Of a DNA stretch of 48,425 bases, positions 28,890 through 38,022 are shown piece by piece. The stretch comes from Synergistaceae bacterium (GTDB lineage: Bacteria; Synergistota; Synergistia; Synergistales; Synergistaceae), in NCBI GenBank assembly GCA_045642965.1, contig JAZUJX010000101.1:1-48425 (forward strand). Reading direction: 5' to 3'. Each line of letters starts with the position of its first letter. Position 1 is the first letter of the stretch. A program made the translations under genes and the position numbers. The notes beneath the pieces are model-generated. The model was not told where the DNA came from and ran no database searches. It saw only the letters and a program-made list of their open reading frames with translations.

Positions 28890-30595
28890 TCTGACACCTC
28901 CGAGCTGTGCTCTTTCGGAATCTTTGTCTCTATCTCTTCCACAATTGCTTTAAAAACAGGCGCCGAAATTACGCCGCCGTAATATGCGCCCTGCGGCTCG
29001 CCTATGCTTATCAGCATTGCGTATTTAGGATTTTCGACAGGCCAGAAGCCCACGAACGAACCTACGTAGCGCCCTTCCTGATAATGTCCTCTTTCCGAGA
29101 CCTGTGCTGTGCCAGTTTTGCCGGCTATGTGCACTTTGTCTGATTTTGCTTTCTGTCCGCCGCCTTCAGCGACAACCATTCCCATCGCGCTTCTTATAAA
29201 CGCAGCTGTTTCTGACGACATAACCTGCGCCCGAACCCTCGGTTTTCCTTTGTGTACCGTTTTGCCGTAATGGTCTGTTACTTCCTTTACTATATACGGC
29301 TTCATAAGTGCCCCGCCGTTGGCTATTGCTGAAATTGCCATTATTTCCTGAAGTGCCGTAACGGAAATACCCTGACCTATAAACACGTTGGCAGGAACAG
29401 TTCCGAGCCATTCCTCGGGCGGCTTGATCTGTCCTTTTTCTTCTCCTGTCATTTCTATTCCTGAACGCTCGCCGAAACCGTACTGCTTCAGGAGCCCGTA
29501 CGCCTGTTCGCGTTTGACGTCGCGGGACATAATCGACATCCCTACGTTGCAGGAGTTCATAAGCACGTGCATCAAATCTTCGCTGCCATGTGCTTTCTGG
29601 TTGTTGCATTTAATAATTTTGTCCGCATACGGAATTGTTCCGTTGCAGAAAAAATGACTTGTGTTCTTGTTGGCGGCGCCGGTTTCCATGGCAATAGACA
29701 TCATTATAGGTTTAAAAACAGAGCCGGGCTCATAGTTCCTGCCTATTGCGTTATTTCTGCGAACATCCTCTCCCCTGAACGAAGTCCTGTCATTAGGATC
29801 CGCTGCAGGATAACTCGCCATCGCCAGCACTTCCCCCGTACGCGGATTGACGCATATTCCTGCCGCCCATTTTGCCTGTGCTTTTTCAGCGGCATCCGTA
29901 AGATTTCTTTCCACAATCTCCTGAATTTTCGTATTTACAGTCAGTTTAAGAGATCCCGAAGTCCCTTTTGAAGAACTCTCCATTCCGTTCATGGGGTCAC
30001 TCATATTTCCGCCGCCTGAACGCGTCATAAAACGTGTACGCGGAGGCGAATACAGAATGTGATTCCATGCGTGTTCAACCCCTGCCTGACCATAACCGTC
30101 TATATCGCAGTATCCGAGCAGATGGAATGCCATTGCGCCATTCGGATAATTTCTTACGTATTCTGTCTTTGTGTACAGCCCGGGAAGCTGCATTCCCTTA
30201 ATTTCAGCCGCAAGGTCCATTTTTACGTTCCGTTTCAGCCAATAAAAACGTCCTGGCTGCTGACGCGAAAATTTCCGTGCCGCATCTTCGCCGAAATACC
30301 TTGCAAGGTAATGGGCGTTTTTTGTTTCCCAGCTTTTGGGGTCAATAAAAAAACTGGCCGTCGGAACGGAAACTGCAAGCGCGGAACCATTGCGGTCCAT
30401 TATGCTTCCGCGTGTCGCACTTACCGAAACGTTCGCCCAGTACTGACTGTGAGACTGATTTATAATTCTGTAATCAGGCTTTAAGGTTACCCAGGCCGTT
30501 TCAAGTGCGAGAACAAGAATGGCCGTATAAGCAAAGAACCAGACTGCTTTGGAAAAATGCGGAGTTCTCCTGTTCTCCTTACTAATTCTTTGCAT
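28886..30595 (-). CDS. ftsI: Class B penicillin-binding protein (division transpeptidase, FtsI/PBP3-like)
   Basis: N-terminal TM helix plus SxxK (GSVFKP), SxN (NSCNVG) and KTG (GKTGTA) motifs. Confidence 0.92.
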   Translation of the reverse strand: MQRISKENRRTPHFSKAVWFFAYTAILVLALETAWVTLKPDYRIINQSHSQYWANVSVSATRGSIMDRNGSALAVSVPTASFFIDPKSWETKNAHYLARYFGEDAARKFSRQQPGRFYWLKRNVKMDLAAEIKGMQLPGLYTKTEYVRNYPNGAMAFHLLGYCDIDGYGQAGVEHAWNHILYSPPRTRFMTRSGGGNMSDPMNGMESSSKGTSGSLKLTVNTKIQEIVERNLTDAAEKAQAKWAAGICVNPRTGEVLAMASYPAADPNDRTSFRGEDVRRNNAIGRNYEPGSVFKPIMMSIAMETGAANKNTSHFFCNGTIPYADKIIKCNNQKAHGSEDLMHVLMNSCNVGMSIMSRDVKREQAYGLLKQYGFGERSGIEMTGEEKGQIKPPEEWLGTVPANVFIGQGISVTALQEIMAISAIANGGALMKPYIVKEVTDHYGKTVHKGKPRVRAQVMSSETAAFIRSAMGMVVAEGGGQKAKSDKVHIAGKTGTAQVSERGHYQEGRYVGSFVGFWPVENPKYAMLISIGEPQGAYYGGVISAPVFKAIVEEIETKIPKEHSSEVSE

Positions 30596-30977
30596 GCGCC
30601 TTATTTACAAACGGATTAAACTGATCAAAAAATCTGCTTCCGGAATCAGCCGAAGGATTAACCGAAGCTCTGGCGGCAGTTACAGAACCCGAGTCAACAT
30701 ATATCACCGGCGTATCCGCGCTGTTTGTCATGTTCAGATGCTCTACTGCATAAGCATATACGTTTTCGGCAGAAAGCAGTTCACCGCAGCGGCGTTCCAT
30801 CAGCGCATTCTGATTTCTGCAAGCTTCAATCTTTCCTGCGGTTTCCGCTGCGCGGCATTCCAAATTCGCACTGTAGAGCCTCAGCATAAGGAGTAAAACC
30901 GCGCTGAGAAAAACGCTCAAAAAGCAGAAAAGTATTGCAGGCGTGTTCACCCCGCGATCTTCTTCATTGCAGCGCAT
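30582..30977 (-). CDS. ftsL: Small bitopic membrane protein in the FtsL position
   Basis: 131 aa with a single TM helix (ILFCFLSVFLSAVLLLMLRLY) followed by a short coiled region. It sits between rsmH and ftsI; the call is positional only. Confidence 0.5.
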   Translation of the reverse strand: MRCNEEDRGVNTPAILFCFLSVFLSAVLLLMLRLYSANLECRAAETAGKIEACRNQNALMERRCGELLSAENVYAYAVEHLNMTNSADTPVIYVDSGSVTAARASVNPSADSGSRFFDQFNPFVNKAHAKN

Positions 30978-30988
30978 TTTTCCCCTCC

Positions 30989-31894
30989 TTACTGCTGTTT
31001 GACAAAAATCCTAAGCTTTGCGCTTCTGGATTTTCTGTTGCGTTCAATTTCTTCTTCTGTCGGTATCAGGGCTTTTCTCGGGCTTAATTCGCCCCAACCC
31101 TTTTCTTTCCATTCCCTGAAACGTTTCTTTGTCATCTTGTCTTCAAGCGAATGGTATGAAATTACCAAAATTTTTCCGCCGGGAGCCAAAATTTTCAAAG
31201 CTCCGTTCAATGCCTCGTCAAGCACGTCAAGCTCGTGGTTAACTGCTATGCGCAGCGCCTGAAAAACACGCCTTGCAGGATGTCCGCCCATCTTTCTCTG
31301 CACCGGAGCAGGCAGTATCTTCCTTATAAGTTCAACCAGTTCCGCCGTAGTGTGAACGATTTCCCCATGTTCTCTCGCCCTGACAATACCTTTGGCAATC
31401 TGATAGGCAAAACGTTCTTCGCCGTAATCCCTGAAAATTTCCGTCAGCTCTTTGATTGACCAGCTGTTGACAATATCATCTGCCGTCAGTTCTGCTTCAA
31501 TACCGTCCCCTCTGTCCATTCTCATGTCCAAAGGCCCGTCTTCCTGAAACGAGAAACCTCTTTCAGCTTCCGTCAGCTGAAGATTCGACACTCCCAAATC
31601 AAACAGCACTGCGTCAGCACGGAAATTTTCTCTTTCCAGCAAACCTGAAATGTTGCGGAAATTGTCTGCTATGATTTCAAATCTTCCGCCAAATTTCGCC
31701 AAATTTTCCGCTGCAATTCTTCTGGCATCCGGATCCTGATCAAAGCCGATAACGCAGACATCCGCACATTTTGCGAGAACCGCTCCCGAGTGACCGCCAA
31801 GCCCCAGTGTCGCATCAACAAAGGTATTAAGTTTGTCCCACGGCTGAACTGCTTCAAGCACCTCAGCAAGCATCACAGGGGTATGTTCCGTCAT
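30989..31894 (-). CDS. rsmH: 16S rRNA (cytosine1402-N4)-methyltransferase
   Basis: Motifs HTPVMLAEV, DATLGLGGHS and DLGVSNLQL. Confidence 0.96.
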   Translation of the reverse strand: MTEHTPVMLAEVLEAVQPWDKLNTFVDATLGLGGHSGAVLAKCADVCVIGFDQDPDARRIAAENLAKFGGRFEIIADNFRNISGLLERENFRADAVLFDLGVSNLQLTEAERGFSFQEDGPLDMRMDRGDGIEAELTADDIVNSWSIKELTEIFRDYGEERFAYQIAKGIVRAREHGEIVHTTAELVELIRKILPAPVQRKMGGHPARRVFQALRIAVNHELDVLDEALNGALKILAPGGKILVISYHSLEDKMTKKRFREWKEKGWGELSPRKALIPTEEEIERNRKSRSAKLRIFVKQQ

Positions 31895-32313
31895 AGACCT
31901 TCAAGTTCCTCGGAAAGCTCCGCCAAATCAGGCAGACTGCTGTTGTATTCCCTCCACCGCTCCGAATCCCAGATTTCGATATGGTCCTCTACGCCGACGA
32001 CCGTTATCTCCTGTCTGATATTTCCGTAACTGCGGAGCTGCTGAGGAAGCATTATGCGTCCGGCAGAATCTATCTCCTGCTCCATCGCATTGGAGAACAG
32101 AGCCCTGCGCAGATCGCGCGTTGACTTTTTGAACGAAGGAAGTGTATTCAGCTTTCCTTCAAAATCCTTCCAGCGCTGGACAGTATAGAGGATTATGCAG
32201 TGTTCGAAACCGATGGTAGCCACAACGACATTGCCCAGCTCGCCTCTGAAACGGGCTGGCAGAACGACTCTGCCCTTGCTGTCGAGTCTGTGCTCAAAAC
32301 TGCCGGCCAGCAT
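31891..32313 (-). CDS. mraZ: Transcriptional regulator MraZ
   Basis: Two SpoVT/AbrB-like halves (LDSKGRVVLPARFR and IDSAGRIMLPQQLR). The start is set to the ATG at 32313 (MLAGSFEHRLD), with a GGGGGA RBS. The 15 extra track codons cover the predicted operator and the -10 region. Confidence 0.93.
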   Translation of the reverse strand: MLAGSFEHRLDSKGRVVLPARFRGELGNVVVATIGFEHCIILYTVQRWKDFEGKLNTLPSFKKSTRDLRRALFSNAMEQEIDSAGRIMLPQQLRSYGNIRQEITVVGVEDHIEIWDSERWREYNSSLPDLAELSEELEGL

Positions 32314-32318
32314 CTTAT

Positions 32319-32349
32319 CCCCCACTTTCTTCCACATATCCACCACTTC
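32319..32349 (-). promoter_or_regulatory. Three direct GTGG boxes with 10-11 bp period in the mraZ 5' leader; candidate MraZ operator
   Basis: The minus strand reads GAAGTGGTGGATATGTGGAAGAAAGTGGGGGATAAGATG. On the plus strand the CCAC cores lie at 32322, 32332 and 32343. Confidence 0.55.
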
Positions 32350-32356
32350 GTGACAC

Positions 32357-32385
32357 AATTTAACACGATAACATTAATTTTGCAA
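32357..32385 (-). promoter_or_regulatory. Candidate dcw-cluster promoter (Pmra-like) with an extended -10
   Basis: The minus strand reads TTGCAA (32385-32380), a 17-nt spacer ending in TGt, then TAAATT (32362-32357). Confidence 0.55.
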
Positions 32386-32438
32386 GGGGGAAAATACAAA
32401 AAAGCCTTGAAAAATCAAAGAAAATTGAGAAATTTTTA

Positions 32439-32463
32439 TGTGAAAACTGTGGAATTTGTGGAA
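32439..32463 (+). promoter_or_regulatory. Distal triplet of TGTG(G/A)AA direct repeats, 9-bp period, inverted relative to the proximal GTGG boxes
   Basis: TGTGAAA-ac-TGTGGAA-tt-TGTGGAA on the plus strand, ~55-80 bp upstream of the predicted -35. Confidence 0.4.
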
Positions 32464-32543
32464 AACTTGCCGATAACGACGAAATTTACAATTAAATGCG
32501 GACACTGCGGCGTATTCTGCAAAACGCAGCCTGTAAAAATCAC

Positions 32544-32569
32544 AAAAAAATTACGCCCTTAAGCGTAAT
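32544..32569 (-). terminator. Intrinsic terminator downstream of rnpB
   Basis: The minus strand reads ATTACGC-ttaagg-GCGTAAT-TTTTTT. The stem is AT-rich, so strength is moderate. Confidence 0.55.
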
Positions 32570-32574
32570 TTTTA

Positions 32575-32912
32575 ATGAGCATGCCGTAAGCCGGGTTTTG
32601 TGGGAGAAAACTCCTCCGGTCATTTATCTGGACCGCTTTTCGCAAAGCGGCTCAAGCAATCATACCCGGGAATCAGCGGGCAGCCTCAATTTCCCCTATT
32701 TGATCTTGCACCGGATGGGGCTTGCAAGGCAGCGCCATTACTGACGCTCCGGTGAGCTCTTACCTCGCCATTTCAACCTTACCCGAAGGCGGTATATTTT
32801 CTGCTGCGCTTTCCCTGGACTCGCGTCCGCCTGATATTGTCAGGCATCCTGCCCTGTGGTGCCCGGACTTTCCTCTTACAGATGCCCTGCAAGCGACCGG
32901 ACTGCATACTCG
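32575..32912 (-). ncRNA. rnpB: RNase P RNA, bacterial type A
   Basis: The reverse complement contains GAGGAAAGTCCGGGC, ..AGTCCAGGGAAAGCGCAGCAGAAAATATACCGCC.., GGTAAGAGCTCACCGG and ACAAAACCCGGCTTA. A P1 stem forms between GAGTATGC (5') and GCATGCTC (3'). Ends are accurate to within a few nt. Confidence 0.93.
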
Positions 32913-32917
32913 TCTAA

Positions 32918-32926
32918 ATTATAACA
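32918..32926 (-). promoter_or_regulatory. Extended -10 element for rnpB
   Basis: The minus strand reads TGtTATAAT, ending ~6-7 nt upstream of the P1 5' strand. The -35 is weak. Confidence 0.5.
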
Positions 32927-33050
32927 TATGGAACAGGGATTGGTACCCTATAATAAACTCACTTTAGCTGTGCAGCCCTTAAAAAAGATTCACCTTCGCT
33001 CTGCGATACTTTGGGAAAAATCACCTCTGCTGCGCGATACTTATAATTCT

Positions 33051-33141
33051 TCTCAAGTGAACACTTTTATAAGTGAAAGTTTCTCAAGTGAAAGTTTCTC
33101 AAGTGAAAGCTTCTGCAAGTAAATATTCTCAAGTGTCTCTT
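33051..33141 (+). repeat. Six tandem copies of a 15-bp unit, consensus TCTCAAGTGAAAGTT
   Basis: Units: tctcaagtgaacactt / ttataagtgaaagtt / tctcaagtgaaagtt / tctcaagtgaaagct / tctgcaagtaaatat / tctcaagtgtctctt. The array lies in the rnpB-dCMP deaminase intergenic region and ends ~20 bp upstream of an extended -10. Confidence 0.85.
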
Positions 33142-33158
33142 TTATAAACTGTAATTCA

Positions 33159-33167
33159 TGCTACAAT
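33159..33167 (+). promoter_or_regulatory. Extended -10 element upstream of the dCMP deaminase gene
   Basis: TGcTACAAT at 33159-33167. There is no good -35, only an AT-rich stretch. Confidence 0.4.
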
Positions 33168-33182
33168 GTAACAACCTTAATA

Positions 33183-33653
33183 ATGGAAGTGAAACTTATG
33201 GAACGCACAACGTGGGACGAGTATTTTCTTCAAATTGCACGGCTGGTGGCAAGCCGCTCAACCTGCCTCAGAAAGCAGGTCGGCGCAGTCATCGTAAAAG
33301 ACCGCCATATTCTCGCAACAGGCTACAACGGAAGCCCTCAGGGCACAAGACACTGCACGGAAATAGGCTGCGTCCGTGAAGAAATGAAAATACCTCACGG
33401 CGCACGGTATGAAATGTGCCGCGCCTGTCACGGGGAAGAAAACGCGATACTCCAGTCAGCGAGACACGGCGTTTCAATCGAAGGCGCGGACATATACTGC
33501 ACACATAAGCCGTGCATCAACTGCACAAAAATGATACTCAACTCCGGCATAAAACGCGTTTTCTACGAAACGGACGACCTTCCGCTCAACGAGCTTCAGG
33601 AAGACTTAATCGCTCAGGCAGCCGTTGAATTTATACAATTAAAACTGGGGTAA
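33183..33653 (+). CDS. comEB: Deoxycytidylate (dCMP) deaminase, ComEB family
   Basis: Motifs WDEYFLQIARLVASRSTC, zinc motif CHGEENAI (HGE in place of the usual HAE) and KPCINCTKMI. An alternative start at 33198 (MERTTWDEYF) has a GGAAGTGA RBS. Confidence 0.92.
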   Translation: MEVKLMERTTWDEYFLQIARLVASRSTCLRKQVGAVIVKDRHILATGYNGSPQGTRHCTEIGCVREEMKIPHGARYEMCRACHGEENAILQSARHGVSIEGADIYCTHKPCINCTKMILNSGIKRVFYETDDLPLNELQEDLIAQAAVEFIQLKLG

Positions 33654-33809
33654 AAACATTTCTGATTTTTAATAAATATTACAGAAGACGGCGGCATAAG
33701 CCGCCGTCCCTGCACAAAATTAAAGAGGAGTAGGTTGTTGTTATGTACCACACAATGCAAGTATAGTATTCAGATAAGTTTTATACCTCAGTAAAATTAC
33801 CGATTTTTC

Positions 33810-33842
33810 AAAATTAAACGGTCTCCCGAAGGAGACCGTTAT
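33810..33842 (-). terminator. Intrinsic terminator of the V/A-ATPase operon
   Basis: The minus strand reads AACGGTCTCC-ttcg-GGAGACCGTT-TAATTTTG, immediately after the subunit D stop codon. Confidence 0.8.
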
Positions 33843-33845
33843 GTT

Positions 33846-34472
33846 TTAGTGGTTTCTGACAATGTCTTTGATTACCATAAGTCTGCTGAGTGTCGAGCGC
33901 TCCTGTTCTTCAAGCTTCATCGAGATGGAGTGAACGGCATCGGTAAACTGCGGTATCATAACGTGTTCAAGCGCGTTGACGCGCCGTCTCGTGCGTTCGA
34001 TTTCAAGAGACATTGATTTCAGCGCCTTTTCGTCTGCGGCAAGTCTGACAAGCCGCGGCATGAGCGTAAGGAACTGCTCAAGCGCGACATCAAAGCTTCC
34101 CGGCGATATTCCAAGTCCGTAGCTGAGCTCCGTTGACTGTTCAGGAATTTCAAAGACAGGCACTTTAACACTCATTATGTTGTTGTAGGTCGCATTCACC
34201 TTGAGGTTGCCGCCGGAGTTCATCAGCGTCTGATCAAGGATTTCAGGCAGGGTCTGGGCGCTTGCGAGCAGGAAGCCTTTGTAGCAGCTTCCGATTTCGC
34301 CTTCTATTTCTTTGCGCATTTTCCAGACTGCTTTTGCGCGTTCAAGGAATTCTTTGACGAGCGCGTCCTGTTTGTCCTTAAGCAGTTTGTGTCCGCGTTT
34401 GGCAACCACGAGCTTTCTTTTGATGCGTGAAAGCTCCATGCGGTTGGGGTTAACGTTCAGTGCCTTTACCAT
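33846..34472 (-). CDS. ntpD: V/A-type ATPase subunit D
   Basis: 208 aa, coiled-coil. N-terminus VNPNRMELSRIKRKLVVAKRGHKLLKDKQDAL, typical of subunit D. It is the last gene of the operon. Confidence 0.92.
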   Translation of the reverse strand: MVKALNVNPNRMELSRIKRKLVVAKRGHKLLKDKQDALVKEFLERAKAVWKMRKEIEGEIGSCYKGFLLASAQTLPEILDQTLMNSGGNLKVNATYNNIMSVKVPVFEIPEQSTELSYGLGISPGSFDVALEQFLTLMPRLVRLAADEKALKSMSLEIERTRRRVNALEHVMIPQFTDAVHSISMKLEEQERSTLSRLMVIKDIVRNH

Positions 34473-34482
34473 TTAAGGTCAC

Positions 34483-35889
34483 CTAAGCTTCTTTGTCCAA
34501 TACTGCACCAAGCAGATATTTTTCGATGTATTCGTCTCTTACGCGTTTGAGTTCGCGTCTCGGAACGATTGTGAGAAGCTTCCAGCCGAGCGCAAGCGTC
34601 TGTTCAATCGTTCTGTTCTCGTATTCGCCCTGACGCACGTATTCGTCTTCAAAGCGGTCGGAGAATTTCGCAAACGCTTTGTCTTCGTCGCTGAGCGCCG
34701 ATTCGCCGAGGATAACAGCAAGTTCTTTTGCTTCTTTTCCGCGCGAGTAAGCCGCGAAGAGCTGGTTCATAAGGTCGGCGTGGTCTTCGCGCGTTTTGCC
34801 TTTGCCTATACCCTTGTCTTTAAGACGCGAGAGCGAAGGCATAACGTCGACAGGCGGATAGATGCCTTTGAGGTGAAGCGCGCGGGCGAGGATTATCTGT
34901 CCTTCCGTGATGTAGCCGGTAAGGTCAGGAATCGGGTGCGTTTTGTCATCTTCAGGCATTGTGAGTATCGGAAGCTGCGTGATTGAGCCTTCTCTGCCGC
35001 TGAGTCTTCCTGCGCGTTCGTACATTGTCGCAAGGTCGGTGTAGAGGTAGCCCGGATATCCGCGGCGTCCCGGAACTTCTTTGCGCGCTGCAGAGATTTC
35101 ACGGAGCGCTTCGCAGTAGTTCGTAAGGTCGGTAAGGATAACGAGAACGTGCATGCCGTGTTCAAACGCGAGATATTCTGCGCAGGTCAGGGCAAGACGC
35201 GGCGTTGCGATACGTTCGATTGCAGGGTCGTCCGCAAGGTTGACGAACATAACCGTGCGTTCGAGAGCGCCCGTTTTGCGGAAGTCTTCCATGAAGAAGC
35301 TGGCTTCTTCATACGTGATGCCCATTGCCGCGAAAACGACTGCGAAGTTGCCCGCACTGCCGCCGAGAACCGTCGCCTGACGCGCGATCTGCGCCGCCAT
35401 GCGGTTGTGAGGCATACCCGAGCCTGAGAATATCGGAAGCTTCTGTCCGCGGACGAGCGGGTTCATTCCGTCTATTGTCGAGATACCTGTCTGAATAAAT
35501 TCTGACGGATAGTCTCTTGAGAACGGGTTCATCGGGTTGCCGTTGACGTCAAGGCTTGTTTCGGCAAGAATTGCCGCGCCGCCGTCGATAGGGTCTCCGC
35601 GTCCGTTGAAGATGCGTCCGAGCATGTCTTTTGAGACAGGAAGTTTCAGAACGTCTCCGAGGAAACGAACCTTCGTGGAAGCAACGTCTATTCCGGAACT
35701 GCCTTCATAAACCTGTACAAGGGCTTTGTCGCCGTCAAGTTCGAGGACTTTTCCGCGGCGTTTTTCGCCGTTGGCAAGACGAATTTCTGCAAGTTCGTCA
35801 TAGCTTACGTCTCCGACGCGTTCGACCATCATAAGAGGACCTGAAAGGTTGGAAACTGTTTTATACTCCTTAGGCAGCATTTGTATCAC
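34483..35889 (-). CDS. ntpB: V/A-type ATPase subunit B
   Basis: 468 aa with ..[15 protein letters not shown].., [22 protein letters not shown] and [30 protein letters not shown]. Confidence 0.96.
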   Translation of the reverse strand: MIQMLPKEYKTVSNLSGPLMMVERVGDVSYDELAEIRLANGEKRRGKVLELDGDKALVQVYEGSSGIDVASTKVRFLGDVLKLPVSKDMLGRIFNGRGDPIDGGAAILAETSLDVNGNPMNPFSRDYPSEFIQTGISTIDGMNPLVRGQKLPIFSGSGMPHNRMAAQIARQATVLGGSAGNFAVVFAAMGITYEEASFFMEDFRKTGALERTVMFVNLADDPAIERIATPRLALTCAEYLAFEHGMHVLVILTDLTNYCEALREISAARKEVPGRRGYPGYLYTDLATMYERAGRLSGREGSITQLPILTMPEDDKTHPIPDLTGYITEGQIILARALHLKGIYPPVDVMPSLSRLKDKGIGKGKTREDHADLMNQLFAAYSRGKEAKELAVILGESALSDEDKAFAKFSDRFEDEYVRQGEYENRTIEQTLALGWKLLTIVPRRELKRVRDEYIEKYLLGAVLDKEA

Positions 35890-37663
35890 CTCCGGTTGTT
35901 ACTTTACCGATTGCACGCTTGATTTCGTCTTCGAGTCTGTCAAGCTTGTCAAGCTCTGTTTCGAGCGTATAGCGCATACGGGCGATTTCGTCGCGGACGT
36001 CAAGCTCCGTTACCGCTGAAAGCTGCGCGCCGCGTTTGAGCGCCTGCATTGCGAGATGATGGAACGTGAGGATATTTCTGAGCATTTTGAACTGCTTGTC
36101 CATTGACGCAAACGTGTCTATTTCATGGAACGAGTTCTGATGCAGGAAGTCTTCGCGTATTGATTTTGACGTTTCAAGCACCATGCGTTCTTCTTTTGAA
36201 AGAGCGTCGATACCGACAAGACGTACGATTTCGTTGAGTTTGTCTTCGTCTTCGAGAAGTCCCATCGCTTCCGTGCGGCACGTGCTCCATTCTCCGTCAT
36301 AGATTGCGTCCCAGTATTCGCCGAGCGTTTGCGCGTAGAGCGAGTAACTCGTCAGCCAGTTGACTGCCGGGAAGTGGCGCTGATATGCGAGTGCCGAGTC
36401 AAGTCCCCAGAATACCTTTGTAACGCGGAAAGTGTTCTGCGTAACAGGCTCTGAAAGGTCTCCGCCCGGAGGCGAAACTGCGCCGATAACGGATACCGCG
36501 CCTTCGCGTCCGTCCTTTCCGCAGCATATAGCACGTCCTGCGCGTTCGTAGAAGGATGCAAGACGCGTACCAAGGTATGCGGGATAGCCTTCTTCACCGG
36601 GCATTTCTTCAAGTCGTCCTGACATTTCCCGGAGAGCTTCAGCCCAGCGGGATGTCGAGTCTGCCATAAGAGCGACCGAGTAGCCCATGTCGCGGAAGTA
36701 TTCAGCGATTGTAATTCCGGTATAGACCGATGCTTCACGGGCGGCAACCGCCATATTTGAAGTGTTCGCTATAAGCAGCGTACGTTTCATAAGCGGCTGG
36801 CCTGAGTTCGGGTCTATAAGTTCAGGGAATTCGCGAAGAACGTCGGTCATTTCGTTTCCGCGTTCGCCGCAGCCTATATAGACGACTATTTCAGCGTTTG
36901 CCCATTTTGCAAGCTGGTGCTGGATAACTGTTTTTCCGCTTCCGAAAGGTCCAGGAACACAAGCAGTGCCTCCGCGGGCTATCGGGAAGAACATGTCAAC
37001 AACGCGCTGACCTGTTGTAAGAGGAATTTCAGGAGCGAGCCGTTTTACAACGGGACGCGCTTTACGGACAGGCCATTTCTGAAGCATTGCCACTTCGTGG
37101 TCTTTGCCCTTTTCGTCCGTTATAACGGCGATTGTTTCTTCAACCGTGAATTCTCCGCTCTTGATTTCTTTTACTTTGCCTTTAAGTCCTACAGGAACCA
37201 TTATTTTGTGGTCAACGAGAACCGTTTCCTTGACCGTACCGAGGAAATCGCCTTCGCCGACCTCATCGCCCGCTTTTACGACAGGCTTAAAATCCCAGCG
37301 TTTTTCGCGGTCAATTGCGGGAACCGTGATTCCGCGAAGGATATACGGTGATTTTGCGGCGCGCTCAATGCTTTCAAGCGGACGCTGAATACCGTCGTAG
37401 AACTGTTCAATGAGTCCAGGCGCAAGCTCAACGCTGAGCGGCTGGCCTGTTGAAACGACCGGTTCTCCAGTGGCAAGTCCTGATGTTTCTTCGTAGACCT
37501 GAAGCGATGCCGTATCGCCTTTAAGTTCGATAATTTCACCGACAAGCTCTGCTTTGCCAACCTTGCAGACGTCAGACATACTTGCGCCTGTCATGCCGCT
37601 GGCAATAACAAGAGGGCCGGATATTTTTGAAATATAGCCTGTAATGTTTTTAGGAGCAGCCAT
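35870..37663 (-). CDS. ntpA: V/A-type ATPase catalytic subunit A
   Basis: 597 aa with Walker [35 protein letters not shown] and [10 protein letters not shown]. There is no intein. Confidence 0.97.
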   Translation of the reverse strand: MAAPKNITGYISKISGPLVIASGMTGASMSDVCKVGKAELVGEIIELKGDTASLQVYEETSGLATGEPVVSTGQPLSVELAPGLIEQFYDGIQRPLESIERAAKSPYILRGITVPAIDREKRWDFKPVVKAGDEVGEGDFLGTVKETVLVDHKIMVPVGLKGKVKEIKSGEFTVEETIAVITDEKGKDHEVAMLQKWPVRKARPVVKRLAPEIPLTTGQRVVDMFFPIARGGTACVPGPFGSGKTVIQHQLAKWANAEIVVYIGCGERGNEMTDVLREFPELIDPNSGQPLMKRTLLIANTSNMAVAAREASVYTGITIAEYFRDMGYSVALMADSTSRWAEALREMSGRLEEMPGEEGYPAYLGTRLASFYERAGRAICCGKDGREGAVSVIGAVSPPGGDLSEPVTQNTFRVTKVFWGLDSALAYQRHFPAVNWLTSYSLYAQTLGEYWDAIYDGEWSTCRTEAMGLLEDEDKLNEIVRLVGIDALSKEERMVLETSKSIREDFLHQNSFHEIDTFASMDKQFKMLRNILTFHHLAMQALKRGAQLSAVTELDVRDEIARMRYTLETELDKLDRLEDEIKRAIGKVTTGGDTNAA

Positions 37664-37686
37664 ATATTTCGCCTTCCCTTTCTCTG

Positions 37687-38022
37687 CTATTTGTCGCCAA
37701 AGATGTCCATGCCGACCGCGCGTTCGACTGTTTTGCGAATCGCTTCAAGGCCTATGCCCATGGAACCGCTCTGGTTTGGCACGGGTATGATGCACATATC
37801 CGTGCTGTTGTCAGTTTCTTTTATTGCTTCCTGATTTGTCGCGTAAACAGCTTCTTCGACAAAAACCGCAACGTAGCCGTCCTCAGCAAATTTGTTGAGG
37901 ATAAAGCCGAACTGATTACGGTTCTCTTCGGTAATGACAACCGTGTCGAGCCCTATGGCCTTGAAAGGAAGTACGCTGTCATAGCCGCCTATTGCAGCCA
38001 TTTTGGATGTTTTATCCGGCAT
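37687..38022 (-). CDS. V/A-type ATPase subunit F
   Basis: 111 aa with [18 protein letters not shown]... Size and position between subunits C and A support the call. Confidence 0.85.
   Translation of the reverse strand: MPDKTSKMAAIGGYDSVLPFKAIGLDTVVITEENRNQFGFILNKFAEDGYVAVFVEEAVYATNQEAIKETDNSTDMCIIPVPNQSGSMGIGLEAIRKTVERAVGMDIFGDK

Noticed and set aside
32496-32967. Two plus-strand ORFs of 82 and 81 aa.
   Set aside because: They overlap the RNase P RNA gene on the opposite strand. The RNA identification is supported by several universally conserved sequence blocks and a P1 stem.
32928-33122. 64-aa ORF ending in ..SESFSSESFSSESFCK.
   Set aside because: The repetitive peptide is just a translation of the 15-bp tandem DNA repeat. 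There is no RBS and it overlaps the rnpB promoter region.
33429-33437. The dCMP deaminase zinc motif reads HGE instead of the usual HAE.
   Set aside because: The Ala-to-Gly change is conservative and does not touch the His/Glu catalytic residues or the PCxxC pair. It is probably tolerated and is recorded only as a variant.
33743-33766. A 7-codon mini-ORF (MYHTMQV*) preceded by AAAGAGGAG, in the spacer between the dCMP deaminase and the ATPase operon.
   Set aside because: The SD-to-ATG spacing is ~12 nt, which is long. The ORF is too short to evaluate and has no recognisable leader-peptide context. The nearby stem-loop at 33687..33708 has no U-tract, so I did not call it a terminator either.
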